Shown: positions 1-13,500 of the stretch, in pieces
Layout: every line of letters begins with the position of its first letter
How positions within the stretch are numbered: the stretch's first letter is position 1
Origin: Bugula neritina
Lineage: Eukaryota; Animalia; Bryozoa
Direction: 5' to 3'
Assembly (NCBI GenBank): GCA_964035545.1
Contig: OZ037766.1
Location: forward strand, 28,007,673-28,071,672
Length of the DNA stretch: 64,000 nucleotides
Notes under the pieces: model-generated
The model's input: the letters and a program-made list of their open reading frames with translations, nothing else
What the model was told of the DNA's origin: nothing
Databases searched by the model: none
Made by a program: the position numbers and the translations under genes

Positions 1-33
1 CAAGTAGCAACAACTTTTACTGTACCATTTTAG

Positions 34-447
34 AAAAAATCTGCCTCAAAGTCTTCAATAGCAGATCCAAATTATGGAAAACAGCTGAAAATTGAGAATA
101 AGCCTAGCAGACAATCTCCTGTTGCTGGTGAAGTCTTGCCAAATACCCAAGTTGTTGCCTGCACCAAAACACCACCAAAAGATGGTTTGCATGTCTGTGG
201 CAAAGCTACACCAAATATTCAGTCTGACACATGTGGCAAATCACCCCCTAGCTCAGGTCTTCATGCCTGTGGTAAAGTTCCTCCAGGGTCAAAAGGAGGA
301 GGGGCTTGTCCAGAGTCTGGGAAATTAAAAGTCTCTCTTATGCCATTGCCTCCCCAAGATCCAACCCCTTGCAAAGTAATTCCTGGGGGAAAGCCAATTA
401 AACAAAACACTGCATCATACAACATGCTAAAAACTCAACCCAAGTAA
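34..447 (+). CDS. Terminal coding exon of an upstream gene; low-complexity Pro/Lys/Gly/Cys-rich region with four 12-aa xCxKxxP repeats; function unknown
   Basis: Acceptor ttttag at 28-33, open frame KKSASKSSIADPNYGK...LKTQPK to TAA 445-447. Higher GC than flanks. Repeats ACTKTPPKDGLH/VCGKATPNIQSD/TCGKSPPSSGLH/ACGKVPPGSKGG. Confidence 0.7.
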   Translation, partial: KKSASKSSIADPNYGKQLKIENKPSRQSPVAGEVLPNTQVVACTKTPPKDGLHVCGKATPNIQSDTCGKSPPSSGLHACGKVPPGSKGGGACPESGKLKVSLMPLPPQDPTPCKVIPGGKPIKQNTASYNMLKTQPK

Positions 448-2762
448 GAATACTAAATAAGATAAAAACATTTCTTATACTAGTTACAAGCTAAAAACAA
501 GTTTGGTAAACAAAAATAAGCAAATATATTTACAAAGTTCTGCAATGATGTAATGCAGTATTTACTTATCTGGTTTTACATATCAATTGCTGTTAATTTT
601 TGATGGTTGTATACTCACAATATTGTATTATAGATTGAACCAGAAGCAATCTATTGTCTAGTTTAAATGTTTTTTTATGACATCAAAATATTGAAATCAC
701 TAAATTTTCAGAAACAAGACTATTATAATTTTAACCTGCCATTGGTAAAGACATGCAATCTTACTATATGTCAAGCGTAAAATTAGCACTTCAAATTTTT
801 TTTATTCAAATGAAAGTTTCTTAGGCAGTACTACTAAAAAAAGTGAAAAAATATAAACTTGTATAAAGTTATGTATTGGTTTGCAAATTACATGTATAAC
901 TTACAATTATTGCTATAAATTTTAAAATTATCTTTTCAAATTGAAACTCTTTTTAGCAAAATGTGAATTTGTGAAATATTTAGCTTAAAAAAATAAAAAA
1001 AATTTAGTAAAGCAACAGAAGTATTTAGAGGACTTTCTCGATTCACAATGCAAATAAACCACATTATTCAAGAAATAGTTTTTTTTGCTACGCTTTTTTT
1101 GTTTTTTTTTAGAAACAAGAAATGTGTAAGAAGATTTAGTCTTCAGTAAACTGAGTACTGGTAATGATTTGAATTATTTCTTTTAAAGAGCTACTGCATC
1201 AAGCAATCAAAATGAATGCGTAATCTGATATCTTTCATATAATTTTAACGTCAAAAGAAATATATTTAAAATAAATTTATTACTAAAACTTATAAAAAAA
1301 ATTTTTATTTCATTTATACAGATACTAAAAAACATTTTTGCATTTTTAATAATTGCAATCTTGTTACACCATATATGTAATGCGTATACATGCAGCCAAT
1401 TTAAAATTACACAAGACACAATTAAATTAATTGCTTATTGTAAACAGAAGTAAACTCACAGAGTTTTAGTATCGGCAAGTGTTAAGTTATACATTTGTTT
1501 TAAAATGCATGTTATTATTCAAAAGGTAAATGTATCTTAAAACCACAAGTTACGTAGAAAAAAGTAGTAAATATTCAAAAACAAGAGTTGACAACATAGC
1601 TCTTAAAGTTACAGTTTATAGCCATTAATTCTTTTTTAAGTGCAGAAACTTGATCTGGATCTAGTTGAAAATGAGTGAGAGTGAGAAATTACAGTAAAAA
1701 ATAAAAGATGCATATAAAATGCAAATAAACAATTCTTTGATAATTTTTCAAAGTTTAATTATAACTTAGTTTGAAATTATTTCATCAAGTTTAGCAATGC
1801 TATGAGATTGCCTGGTGATAGAAATTGCAAAGCAGCATGCAGGTATAATTAGGCTATATAGCTTTGATTATGATTGCGGTAACGTCCTACTATTATAGGA
1901 ACAGGTCGTTAGCTACAAAACCCTAATGTTTAATATATTCATGTTTGAATAAACACAACAGCTGCAAGCATGCAACTGCAAGCTAGTGTTTCCTGCATGG
2001 TCTTCTGTTTTCTTTTCTTAGGTTTAATTTAAAAAAAAGCTTAGTTCGAAGCAGAGGTTATATTCAGGTGGTTATAATGGACTGCACATTAAATATTTTT
2101 CATGAGAAATGTTGAATTTAATGGTGGAAACAATTGTGAATTATGCTTATCTGTGCTGATCTGTTTTCACTATAAGTTACTGCTCTTCCAGATTGCTTTT
2201 ATGAAACTAACCACATAAAACTTATAATATGCAACTTGAAACTTGTATCTATAAGTATAATACTAACAACTCCTTGAAATAGCGCATTGATCTGATTCAA
2301 GCATTAATTATAAGTATTTAGTTTTTCAGCCTATAACACCTATCATAATGGAGTTATCTCTGAACAAAACTTGAAAAAAAAATTTTTTTTACATCTAATA
2401 AGTTAATGATATATGTCTAAATTGTGTTGCACATTCAAATACTTTGATGACGGAATTGATATCATTTCATTAAATAAAATTCACATAGCATATCAAAAAC
2501 TGTTGCATGCAATAAGCAAATTCTACTACTATAGAACACAATGGCTATACATCAAAACACATTGATTGCAATCTTTTATCAAACACTTCAGTTATCAGTT
2601 ATGCAATCAAAAAAGCCTTTATAACATGTTGAAGTTTTCATCTGTGAAACATCACAGTAAAATCGACTTTTAATATACTAGAACATAGGAACATAAAATT
2701 TCTATACTTCTAAAACAAAAATAGTAATATATATATATAGAAATAAAATACTTCAAGGAAAG

Positions 2763-5700
2763 ATGGCTGAAAGCGAGTCAAAAGGCATCAACGACATTTT
2801 GGCTAAAATTGGAGTGCCTGGAAAGTATCAGATTTTCACCTTTTTCTGTACATTTGTTATTGGCATTGTGTCTGCCTTTCAAACTGTTGGACTTGCTTTT
2901 ATACAAGCTGATTTAAATTTCAGGTATGTACTATAATTCGATGTTTACATAAATATTAATTAACATCATCGTCATCATGATAATAAATTAGATCATGGTT
3001 GATTTTCGAGTAAGTCAATTTTTGTTGACAGATTGCCAGATATCCAAGTTTCGTTTCACTGCATCTTTACATATGATATTAGATGCAACAAAATCTGCCT
3101 GAATAATTATCTTCTAGCTAGTTAATAATTTTTAATTAATAATAAATTTATCAAAAAACGTAGAAAAATAATGTATATGAAGCTTTACAGGTTTAATATT
3201 TATTTCTGCCATTTTCATAATGCTATTTATATAGATTATTCAAACTTTAGTTTTGGCTTTTTACCGTTGATTATAGTTAAACTAATATTAAGATTTCTAA
3301 TTGCCCAGAACAGTTTTACTCACAAACCAAAATACATATAAACCAATATCATGCATATATACAAAATGAATCTACCTGATGCATGCATAAAAGTATGCAA
3401 CCAAATGTTGCAAAATATGTGTTTTGTGGCATAACTCTATACAATGTTTATCAGATATCGCAGCTAATAATCTAGATTCCCTGCAAAAAAATTAGTTTAT
3501 ATCTGTAGATTTAGGGTACTTTTGAATACCTATATATATGAGAGTATTATACTAGGACTCATCAATAAATTAGTTTTCTTTCTCCCCATTGCGTAGCCTT
3601 TAATTTGAGCTCGTGTTTTAATGGGTTATGCAGTGTTCAGACCGCAGCTACCCCTCGCTGTGCAGGGAATCCGAAAGCGCCCTTATAGTATAACGTTCTG
3701 TGACATATAGCATTCGACTGAAAAACTATAAACCTAAACTGTTCACATGCGCAATGTATTTTGTAAATTAATAGCTTGATTTATATATTATAATATCTTG
3801 AAGAAAATAACAGTTATATAACAATCTGCTCAAGGTGAATAAAAGTTGTATATAATGATGAAGATATAGCAGACGCACTAACCCATTGTAGACATCAAAG
3901 TTCAAGTTATCCTCACTAAAAATCTCTATATCTGGTGCCCCTGACATTTAAATCAACTTCGTAATACAGGTGTAGTGGAGACAATTCCTCTGATGTGTTC
4001 AACAACACTTGCTATCCTGCCAGTGGAAACTTGTCTGTGATAGAAGAGTGTACAGACTTTGTGTATGATCAGCAGGTGTTTGAAAGTACAATAACCAGTG
4101 AGGTATGTGCTAAGTTTTTTTTAATTCATATTTTAACAATATTTATTATGTTGAGTGCATCCTTCATTTATTAGTATACTATAAATGTCTTTTAGGAACA
4201 ATATATATGAGCTATAATACATGTATATACTTGATAAAATAATTTATAATATTATACTATAGTTGCATTTGCTTAATTGAAAAACTTCTATACAAAGAAC
4301 TTTGAGAGTTAGGCAGCTATAGAACATAAAGATTAAAATATAATTTAAACATAATATAGTGCAGGCTGAAGAGAGCAGCCGTGATCTAGGGGCTTGGAGT
4401 TGGCTTAGTAAACGCGAAGTTATGGGTTCGAGCCATTACAAGGGCATTTGGTGATGTTTTAGGAAGAGCATCCAGTTATAATTGCTTTTGTGCCTCATCT
4501 GAATAAATCCCTAGCCTTATTTAAAAAACCTTTTCCATCAGGAATTTTTCACAGGGATGGTGACTATAAACCTGTGCGAGTTATAGTGCAATTAGCCAAC
4601 GTTTTGTATGTAAGCTACTGTAAGTTAGTTTAACTTTATTGCTTATAATCTAATTCAAAGTTATTCTGTAATCTGACAATATATTATGCTACCTGCAATA
4701 TATGAGTCTGAAGTGGTCTCAACCAACATATACCATGATAGTATGATTGCATCAAGCACCATTGTGAGCAGTAATATATAAACCCTTCAAATGTTGTTGA
4801 AGATAAATTAAAAGATGAAGTTTGTATGATCTATACCTAGATATATACTATCTATAAAATATGCAGTAAGCTCATATACTGAGTATATATAATAGAATGC
4901 AAAAGATAAAATTCTTATATAGAGGTATATGGAACTTAGCAATCCCACTCGTGGTACCTAATTCAGCTTAGTATTCTTTTAGTATAAAAAGTCATGCACC
5001 TAAAATCTGAGTTTGTTTTAAATTACGTGGAGCTATAAACTATTACTTGGAAGTGCTAGCTTCTGTTTGGCAAATTGCTAGCTAAAGTATTCTAGAGTTT
5101 TAAATTTGTTTGATTTTAATTTAATTCACATGTATAATATTGAGCTAAAAAAGCAGTTTAAATCAAAAATAAATATATTGCAAGTATAGCTCATATAAAT
5201 AAGTAGTTAATCTTATAGCTGGCCAAATATTATTTGAACAGTGTTTTGATTTCAAAGACTGTTTCTTTTTTTTTTTCAATATAAGTGGTTTAGCATATCT
5301 AATCATACAAGTCGGGAAATCTAAAAATATATGTAATGGCATATATCTGTTTATTTTTTAAGACTATTAAACAATTATTTACTTCATAGTTTGACTTGGT
5401 GTGCTCAAGGGAGAGTCTGGTAACCGTTAGCAACCTGGTGTTCAATGGAGTTGGTATCTTCTGTGGAGTATTCACTGGGTGGCTGTCAGACAGGTATAAT
5501 AAGGTGTAATAATTGCTACAATAGTACGTTATATTAGCTAACGTAGAGTATATAGTATGCACTATGTACATGCTAGCTGGAAAGCATATGGTAGTGTATA
5601 TATTAGCTATATAGTGTTTATGATAGTGTGTTATTTACAACTGTGTGCATCACAGTTTGTATTGTAGTGAGTATATTAGTGTATATAATAACTATAATTA

Positions 5701-8700
5701 TGCATAATACATAATACATAATGCATTATATGTACAATATATAGTGTGCCTGTACACGATTGCAAGTATATGTATATAATGTATCAGTGTGCATACATTG
5801 CGCTGCACACCCTTAAGTATAACATTGTGTCCACATGTAATATGCACTCACCTTTTTATAACGTATACTATAGACAGGTAATTGTGTATAGTGTGATTTA
5901 GTACTATTTCTGTATGCTAGATGCATAATTTTGTGCAACTTTTGTTCTGCTATATAATAGATTAGAAAATTACTAGCATGGATCTTCCTGATATTTTGTA
6001 CTTTTCAGAATTGGAAGAAAACCATGTATTATTATACACTTACTCATCATGGGTGTAGTTGGAATACTTACTGCATTTTTAGTTAACATTGAAATGTATA
6101 TCATTCTGAAGGTTATTCTCTCCATACCTACCTATGGCTTGTACGATGCTGTCAACTCTCACTGTATGTACCGTAATTATAATTATGTAACTTATAAACT
6201 CTGCATAACCTGATTGCTGATTGCGTTGATACATCATACTAAAAATACTGCTGAGTTGTTGCTTTCGCTATTTATTGCTGCTTATTTAACTAGCATTAAA
6301 GTTTATCAAACCAAAGTTTCAAATTTGAAGATGAAATATTTTTGCACCAAAATTCCCACGCAAAAATAAGAGTAAAAAAATGTATTTGCTTCTTGTAGCT
6401 ACAAATTGTACATCTACTTCATAAAACCTTTAGCAAATTTTAATTTTCTGCAGTTAACTTAATATAGAGAAACTTTAATTAAAACTATATTTTACTAAAA
6501 AGAAACTCACACAAATTTATAGACGCTATCCCTGTGAGAAACCCCTGATGGAAAGGGTTTTTGTTAGATAGGTCGAAGGACTTGTTCAAATGAGGCACAG
6601 GAGCAATTTTGACTGAATGGTCTGCCTAACATAACCAATGGCCTTTGTCTAACCCATAGACCAAGGCTGCTCCTTTAAAACTATATTTTACTAATCTAAT
6701 ACGAAATTAATTTCAATTAAAGAGAATAATTATATTATTGAAATTTTTTATAGTGGTTTTTAAAGTATAACCTTTATACCGCTATAGCTCTAAGTTCATG
6801 ATTATATATATCATAACCATTCAGCATCACTCATCACAGTAATAATAAATGTTGTTATTTAGATTACATCAGAGGTGATATATCACATGAAGGTTTATTC
6901 TATTATAAAAATATTTTGTAGTTTTGCTTTATTCATTTATTGATAATAGTAGGAGAATGCACTGCTCCTGATAAAAGGCCACACATTCTGATTGGCTCCG
7001 TAATGTCTTGGAGTGTGTCCATCTTAGTCATAACTGCTTTGGGCTACTTTATACGCAGCTGGACATACCTTCAGATTGTCATTAGCTCCCCTTGTCTACT
7101 GTTTGCTGTTATAGCCTATTGGTGAGATATCTTGTTTAATCATAAAGTATTTTTATAGAGGAAAACATTATACTGCTAACATTTATAGTCGAGAGTGAGA
7201 ATTTATAACTTCAAACTCCAACATTTTTCATCCAGCGAGTTTTGCAAGAAACATCTAATTTATTTATATTGCTGATCTACAAAAAAGCAACGAAAAAGTT
7301 TCTAATACCATGCAGAATGATTCTAATTGTAAAATTTTTAGATGAAATTTTTTATTTATTGAAACTGCTTATTGCAAGCTGGGAAAGCCAATTTTTGTTT
7401 AAAACACAACTTATACTATTATGTCAGCGCATATGTAGAAACACATGTAAGTTTATGAAATTCAAATATTTTTATTTCACTGGTTTTATAGTATATTTAA
7501 GTTTATATCGATAATGGTTTATTAAAAGTTGTTCTACCCTTAATATTATAGCAACATAATTCAGAAATTTATATTATAATTTTAGTTTTTTAATAATTGG
7601 TCTACTGCATGCATGCTATGTTATAATGAATAAATAAAAAATTCCAACAGTGCATTTAGCATATTGTTATGCATATTATATGCAACAATTGGGTTAAATG
7701 GCTGACATCTAAAGAAACAATTATGACGTAACACTTTCTGTGTTTTGAAGGGCATATGATGAATCTCCCCATTGGCTGTACAGCAAAGGTAAATATGAAG
7801 AGTGTGAAAAGGTGATCCTAAAAATAGCTAATTGGAACAAATTCAACATCAGCAACACCAGTTTAGCTTCAAGTATCAACTGTTTGAATGATACAAAGCA
7901 AAAGATAAGCACCGTCAGCTTTAAGAATCTAAAAACATCTGAAACTGGTTTGAAATCATTTCCTCCAATCTCTTATAAAGAAGTAAAAAATGAGAAGAGC
8001 GCACATGGCTGTATGCAGGTTCTTAGATCAAGGAGATTTCTTGTAATCTTTATGATCTGCTCATTTGGATGGTAAATTCCTGCATAATATATTATATTAT
8101 GTAAAAATATATTTCAATCAGAAAATTATTACTTATTTATTTATATGAATTGTCATGCAGCTGTTCCAAAAATTTAAATTTTGAACTGCAAAAGTGCTAT
8201 ATAATTTAGCCACTGACTTTTATTCTTATAGCATTTGCAATTTTGAGGTATATTACATTTGTAGTATTTGGCAAACGTTTTTTTACCTACCTATTGACAG
8301 TGTGAAACTGCATGCTCAATCTAACTGTGGGCAGTAACATAGTGACAGAATGATCAAGTTTAGTAAACTTATTTAAATCATTATAGAATTGATAGAATAC
8401 TAAAAGTTTAGTTTAGAATCAATAACTTTCCTCAATTTATACAGAGTAGATTAGGTGTCTATATACAACCAGTTAATATGCATATGTCTTCTTATTAAAT
8501 TAATTATTCAGAGTTTGTCTTTTGTAATTTACTATATAATAAGAATTTAAACAAAATGATAGCAACTAAAATTACTATGTATGTTGAGGCAACACTAATA
8601 ATTAATTTATTATTTTAGTTCAAGTTACAAACAAAACACATTTTATGATATTTATGTTACAAAGATTGTCAGTTATAAAACTATAGATTTCAAAGGGTTA

Positions 8701-10317
8701 CTGCTAAATTCTCATTTGAAAAATAGTATAAGCTAATATTTTTATTTTCTTTGATTCAATTTTTTGCTATTATTTAAAAAATATAATGATTCAGTAAAAT
8801 TTTTATAATAAAATTTTAATTATATATATTCAAGCAATATAGTTATATTATTTGAAATCATGTAATATAATTATATTCTAAAAAATATGATTATAATAAT
8901 ATAATCATTAATTAGGTAAGGCATTTATAATGATTCTAAGCGTTGGTATTTCTACTAATGCTTTATATATTTTCAGGTTATCTTGCAATCTAGGATACTA
9001 TGGCTTGCTGTATGGTATTGGTGACTTAGTAGGAGATCTATTCCTCAACAACATCTTAGCGGGGGTAGCTGAGCTGATTGCTTACAACCTCTGCTTTCTC
9101 GTGCTCAAAGGAGGCAGGAAGCGAGTCTACGTAGGATTGTGTGTAGTGGCTGGACTCTGCCTGATTGCCTCTGCATTCATTACTCTCCACTTTCCTTGTA
9201 AGATTATTAAACTGATTCTCTAATTTTTTGAACACGGCTTAGCTTTAGTTTTATCTTAAATAAAACAAATTCAGAGTATAATTACAAATTAATTAGCAAT
9301 ACAGCTGCCATATAAATTAGTTAAAGCTTAATTACTGTAGAATATTATGTTATGATAGCTCTAGTTAAATGTGAAAGCAAACCGTAGCAATATATATATA
9401 ACTCATTTACACATAACGCAGTAGTAGCACATGATTGCCATATCTGTTTTGTGATTAACAGACATTGCTAAGTCAATTCATTCATTTTGTTAATCTGTTA
9501 ATAGCAAAGTATAGAAATAAATGGTGTGTATAAACTTCTGGTGTAACAAAAAAATGTGTTGTATATAATAATTTTTTTGTAGATGAGGTTTGGAGTGTTA
9601 TAGCATTAACCATGGCTGGCCGCCTTTGCATAGCCTCTGCATGGCAAGTGATGTATGTGTGGTGCATTGAGATCTTCCCTACCAGCGCCAGAACGACAAT
9701 GCTCCAGTCCTCCTTGACCTTCGGTCATATTGGAAGCACTTTGGGGCCATTAATGGCAGATCTGGTAAGATAAAATTTGCAATATTTTAAAAAATACATG
9801 TTAAAAAATAATGTCATGTTTTAAAAAAAGTTTTATTTACAAATACGTTTGCATGAAATAAGCTTTGTGTTTGGGTTCTACTTTAGTAGATGTTTTTACA
9901 TAACGATGAGTTTTTGATTAGTTGATTTTTTTATTTGATTTTGAGGTCACAAAATATCTTGTGAGTTCAAGTCAAATTTTAGGATTCTGATTTAAACAAA
10001 TAATATGTTGAAAAACATTGTTTTTTTTATAGGACAAAGTGCTGACAAATCCCATCATCGATGTTACGGTTATTTCTCCATTTACGTATGGTGCTCTACT
10101 GGTAGTTTCTGGTCTGACAGCTGTTTATCTTCCTGAAACAAACAATCGCCCTCTTCCGGTAACTATTAATGATGCAATTGTCATGAGTCAGAAAAGGAAA
10201 AGAGCTCAGACCTATGATGCCGTATTCATGGACCAGAATATAAAGGCCGCCAAATCCGAGGACGCACTTTCTATGAGCCGAAAAAGAAAGAGAGCTCAAA
10301 CAGTTGCAGCTAATTAA
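2763..10317 (+). CDS. SLC22-family (MFS) organic cation/anion transporter, 9 exons: 2763-2923, 3970-4102, 5390-5493, 6009-6163, 6950-7121, 7751-8071, 8977-9197, 9583-9764, 10033-10317
   Basis: All introns GT-AG with consistent phase. SLC22 motifs: DILAKIGVPGKYQ, CTDFVYDQQVFESTITSEFDLVC, GWLSDRIGRKP, ESPHWL, YYGL, EIFPTSAR, LPETNNRPLP. Confidence 0.95.
4371..4582 (+). mobile_element. tRNA-derived SINE copy (diverged), SLC22 intron 2
   Basis: Colinear with the 32860-33078 copy (gagcagccgtg..ggttcga..aggaagagcatccag..acaggga..gactataaac). Flanked by tatagtgca direct repeats. Confidence 0.85.
6499..6676 (-). mobile_element. tRNA-derived SINE copy with internal deletion in the head, SLC22 intron 4
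   Basis: Reverse complement of the same family. 18-bp TSD aaaactatattttactaa at 6481-6498 and 6677-6694. Confidence 0.85.
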
Positions 10318-10585
10318 TTCCATATATTATATTATATAATATAATATAACATGCAGAAACTCTTTTGCTTATGCATATTCAAATACAATAAAACTTTTAT
10401 AAATCATATTACAAATAGTTTTAATTTGATTTGTAAATTTTGTCGTTGGCGAAAGGTCATTTTCATTCATAAAATTACAATGAAGCAGTATTATTTCATT
10501 AAGCTTGCCATTGTTGAACACACCACATTTTATTGTTACCCTGAATCTAGTTTCATTATATGTAAGATTAAATTGAGGCGATATC

Positions 10586-13500
10586 ATGGTGGCTAAGGCT
10601 TTTCACTTTGTCTACACTTCCTTGCTTGGCTGCAGTTACCTGACTACATTTAGGACAGACGGAGTAGTCTATCACATTAAATCTCCATATGTGCTGCGAT
10701 TTCCAGGTAAACATGTGATATGTAGCTTTTTACAATTTAAAGTACCATATCTAGTTTTCAAGTGATACATATTTTCTATGGTAATTAATACGAGTCCAAT
10801 GTATAAAGCTATCTTTGAAAGCCTTTTGTGATGTAATTATATACAATTCATAATGACAGTATTTATTCTCAAACTGTTTTAGTAATCTTGGAAGGTTAAG
10901 AATAAATATAAATATTTTTTGCAAATTAAAATATATACATTATTTTTTAAACTCAGTCAGCTTTAAGCTTTTTGGCATAAAAAAGTTAATTTCTTGAACT
11001 TTATTCACAAACATTTAAATATTAATTTGTGTTTTTTTTTCTCTAGAAATAACAAATCTAGAGATACTAGCTCTGTAACTCATCAAACAAGAAATGCACC
11101 AAATATATGTTTTCCCAAAAAAATGTGAGACAAACAAAGCAAAATAATACTTTTAAAGTTGTTATTATAGGTATACATTTCCCAGTGACAATTATATTCT
11201 AGATGCATTTTAGTTTACTATTTGCCTTCAAACATATTATAAAACTACACTTTAGGAGAGTGTATTCAAATTAAAAACTCATGGAGAAGTTTAGGTAATC
11301 TTGACAACTGCATACAACTAACATATATTCTTGAGAATTCATTATAATTTATAAGAAACTTATGGTTTTAGATGGTGAACTGTTTGGCCCCCAACTTAAG
11401 ATATCAAGAACTGTTTTGAAAACAGATGAAGTTTTATATTATCAGTGTCTGAACAGTAACACATTTCGAAGATATAAGTCTGGAAGAGCAGACAATGTAG
11501 GTGAGAAAACATTTTGTGAAATAAACTTTCTATTTTGTTATATCCAACTTTGGTGGCAAAAATTACTTGTTATTTAAAAAAATTGCCTTTTAGCATGTAC
11601 AAGAGTAAATATAGACTTATTTGTCAATAAGGTTTATTTAGTCTTAGTGCTAAATAAGATTGTACTATAATAAAGCATACAGAACTATTGAAAGTAGCTC
11701 CAGCATTTGCGTATAGTGCAGCAGCTGGAATTTTGTTTGAGTATTGTATAGCAATGTTTATTAAAACAGTTTAGTTATAAGAAATTTAAAAAATATTTTG
11801 TAAAACGTTGATGCAACTTCTTTGTCTAACATTTTATTAACCCTAGTAAAATTTATTTATTGAACGGCTGATTAAAACATTTATGTTACGTTTGGAGCAG
11901 AACATTGTTTTGGAATGTTATATATGAACATTGTATATTAATTTTTTATTGAAACAGTTTGTGCGAAACATTTGTAAAACATCTTCAAAAATATTGATAA
12001 AACATTCTATATTAACCTTAGCAAATTTTATTTAATAAACATTGAGTTGTAATACTGATGTAATATTTTGAAAAAAAAGCATTATTTTGAAACATTCTAT
12101 ATCTTAACGTGTAATATGGCTGTTTTACTACAACAGTTGGGCCAAGTATTTATAAAACATTATGATATAGTAAATACATTTATACAAAAACCTTTTTTAA
12201 TATTTGTTACATGATTTGCCAAAATGTGATCTTCTAACATTTTTATAACTTTAACGACTAATTATAAGCATTTTAAAGAAGTTTTGTATTTTTATTAATT
12301 TATTGTTACAAATCCAACAAGAAATTTTTTCAAAATTTGTAGCAGTACAAAAAGTAAAATTTAAAAAATTTTAAACCTAAATTCTGGCTTTGCAGCTTCG
12401 GATAACATTACATGTGGTATATTGTATGTATAGATAATTACAATTAATTTTGAAATGCATAGATATAATGATTCATTTTGAAACATTATTTGATATCTTT
12501 TGCATGCAAAAGAAACTCAAATAACATGTAATATATATAACACAGATCATCTTACTAAAGAAGTATCTACGTATAGAGGTAAGCAAATGATTACAGGAAG
12601 CATTTTGTGGAATAAAGAAAAAGCGGAGAACTCCAAGTACGCATGCAGCTTGTATCCATCTGAGAAATACACTATCTTCTGGTTAGGTAAGACACAGTAT
12701 AGTCATACTGTGTAAAGATATACTCCTTGGAAATACATGAATGAGTCATTTTTTTAATTTAGTACACATTTGACTCTTTAGTTTTTTGGCTTATTTTCAC
12801 AACTTGGCTGGTAATGTATATATATCACTTTTTGCCTTAGTTTAAAAAAAATATTAGCAAATTCATGAATAATCTAATTGTACCATTCTCAGTTTTTTAT
12901 GATTTTTCTCAGTTTTCAAATAATTGGGATATATGGACTATGGTGATTTTTTTTCAATCTGTGTTAAACTAAGAATCCCCAAAGTATATAATTAGGATGA
13001 TAACTTAAAGAAACTATAAACTAACAAATTTAGTACTAGTAAAAGTACACTATATATAAAATATACATCAAACTAAAAAACCCTAGTTTATCAAATTTAG
13101 ACCTCAACCTGTGTAGCATTATATTTGGTTTTTGACAATAAATATATATGATATTACCGAGCATTATCTATCTTTCAAGTCATCATTAATTTACATTTAA
13201 ATGTTATGAAAGTTTGTGAAACCAATAATGTAAAGAAGTAAACAAATAAAATAAAATAGCACATGTTGTAACTAAAAAATTCAACAACACACCTTTATAT
13301 TATGTTGTATGCATGGCAGCAATAACGATTCTTTTATTTATTAAACCTTTAGTTTTTGTTTGCTTTCAGGTTTATCAGTTGAAGCACGAAGTGTACATCT
13401 GGATGTCAATTATTATAAACAAACCTGTGAGATAAGTTGCAAAATTAGCATGGCTCCTTCATATGATTATAGTACAATACTAAGAGCTACATGGTGAGCA

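Noticed and set aside
3475-3671. 11-bp inverted repeat gattccctgca/tgcagggaatc around a GC-richer patch
   Set aside because: No TSD and no second copy in the window, too weak to call a MITE.
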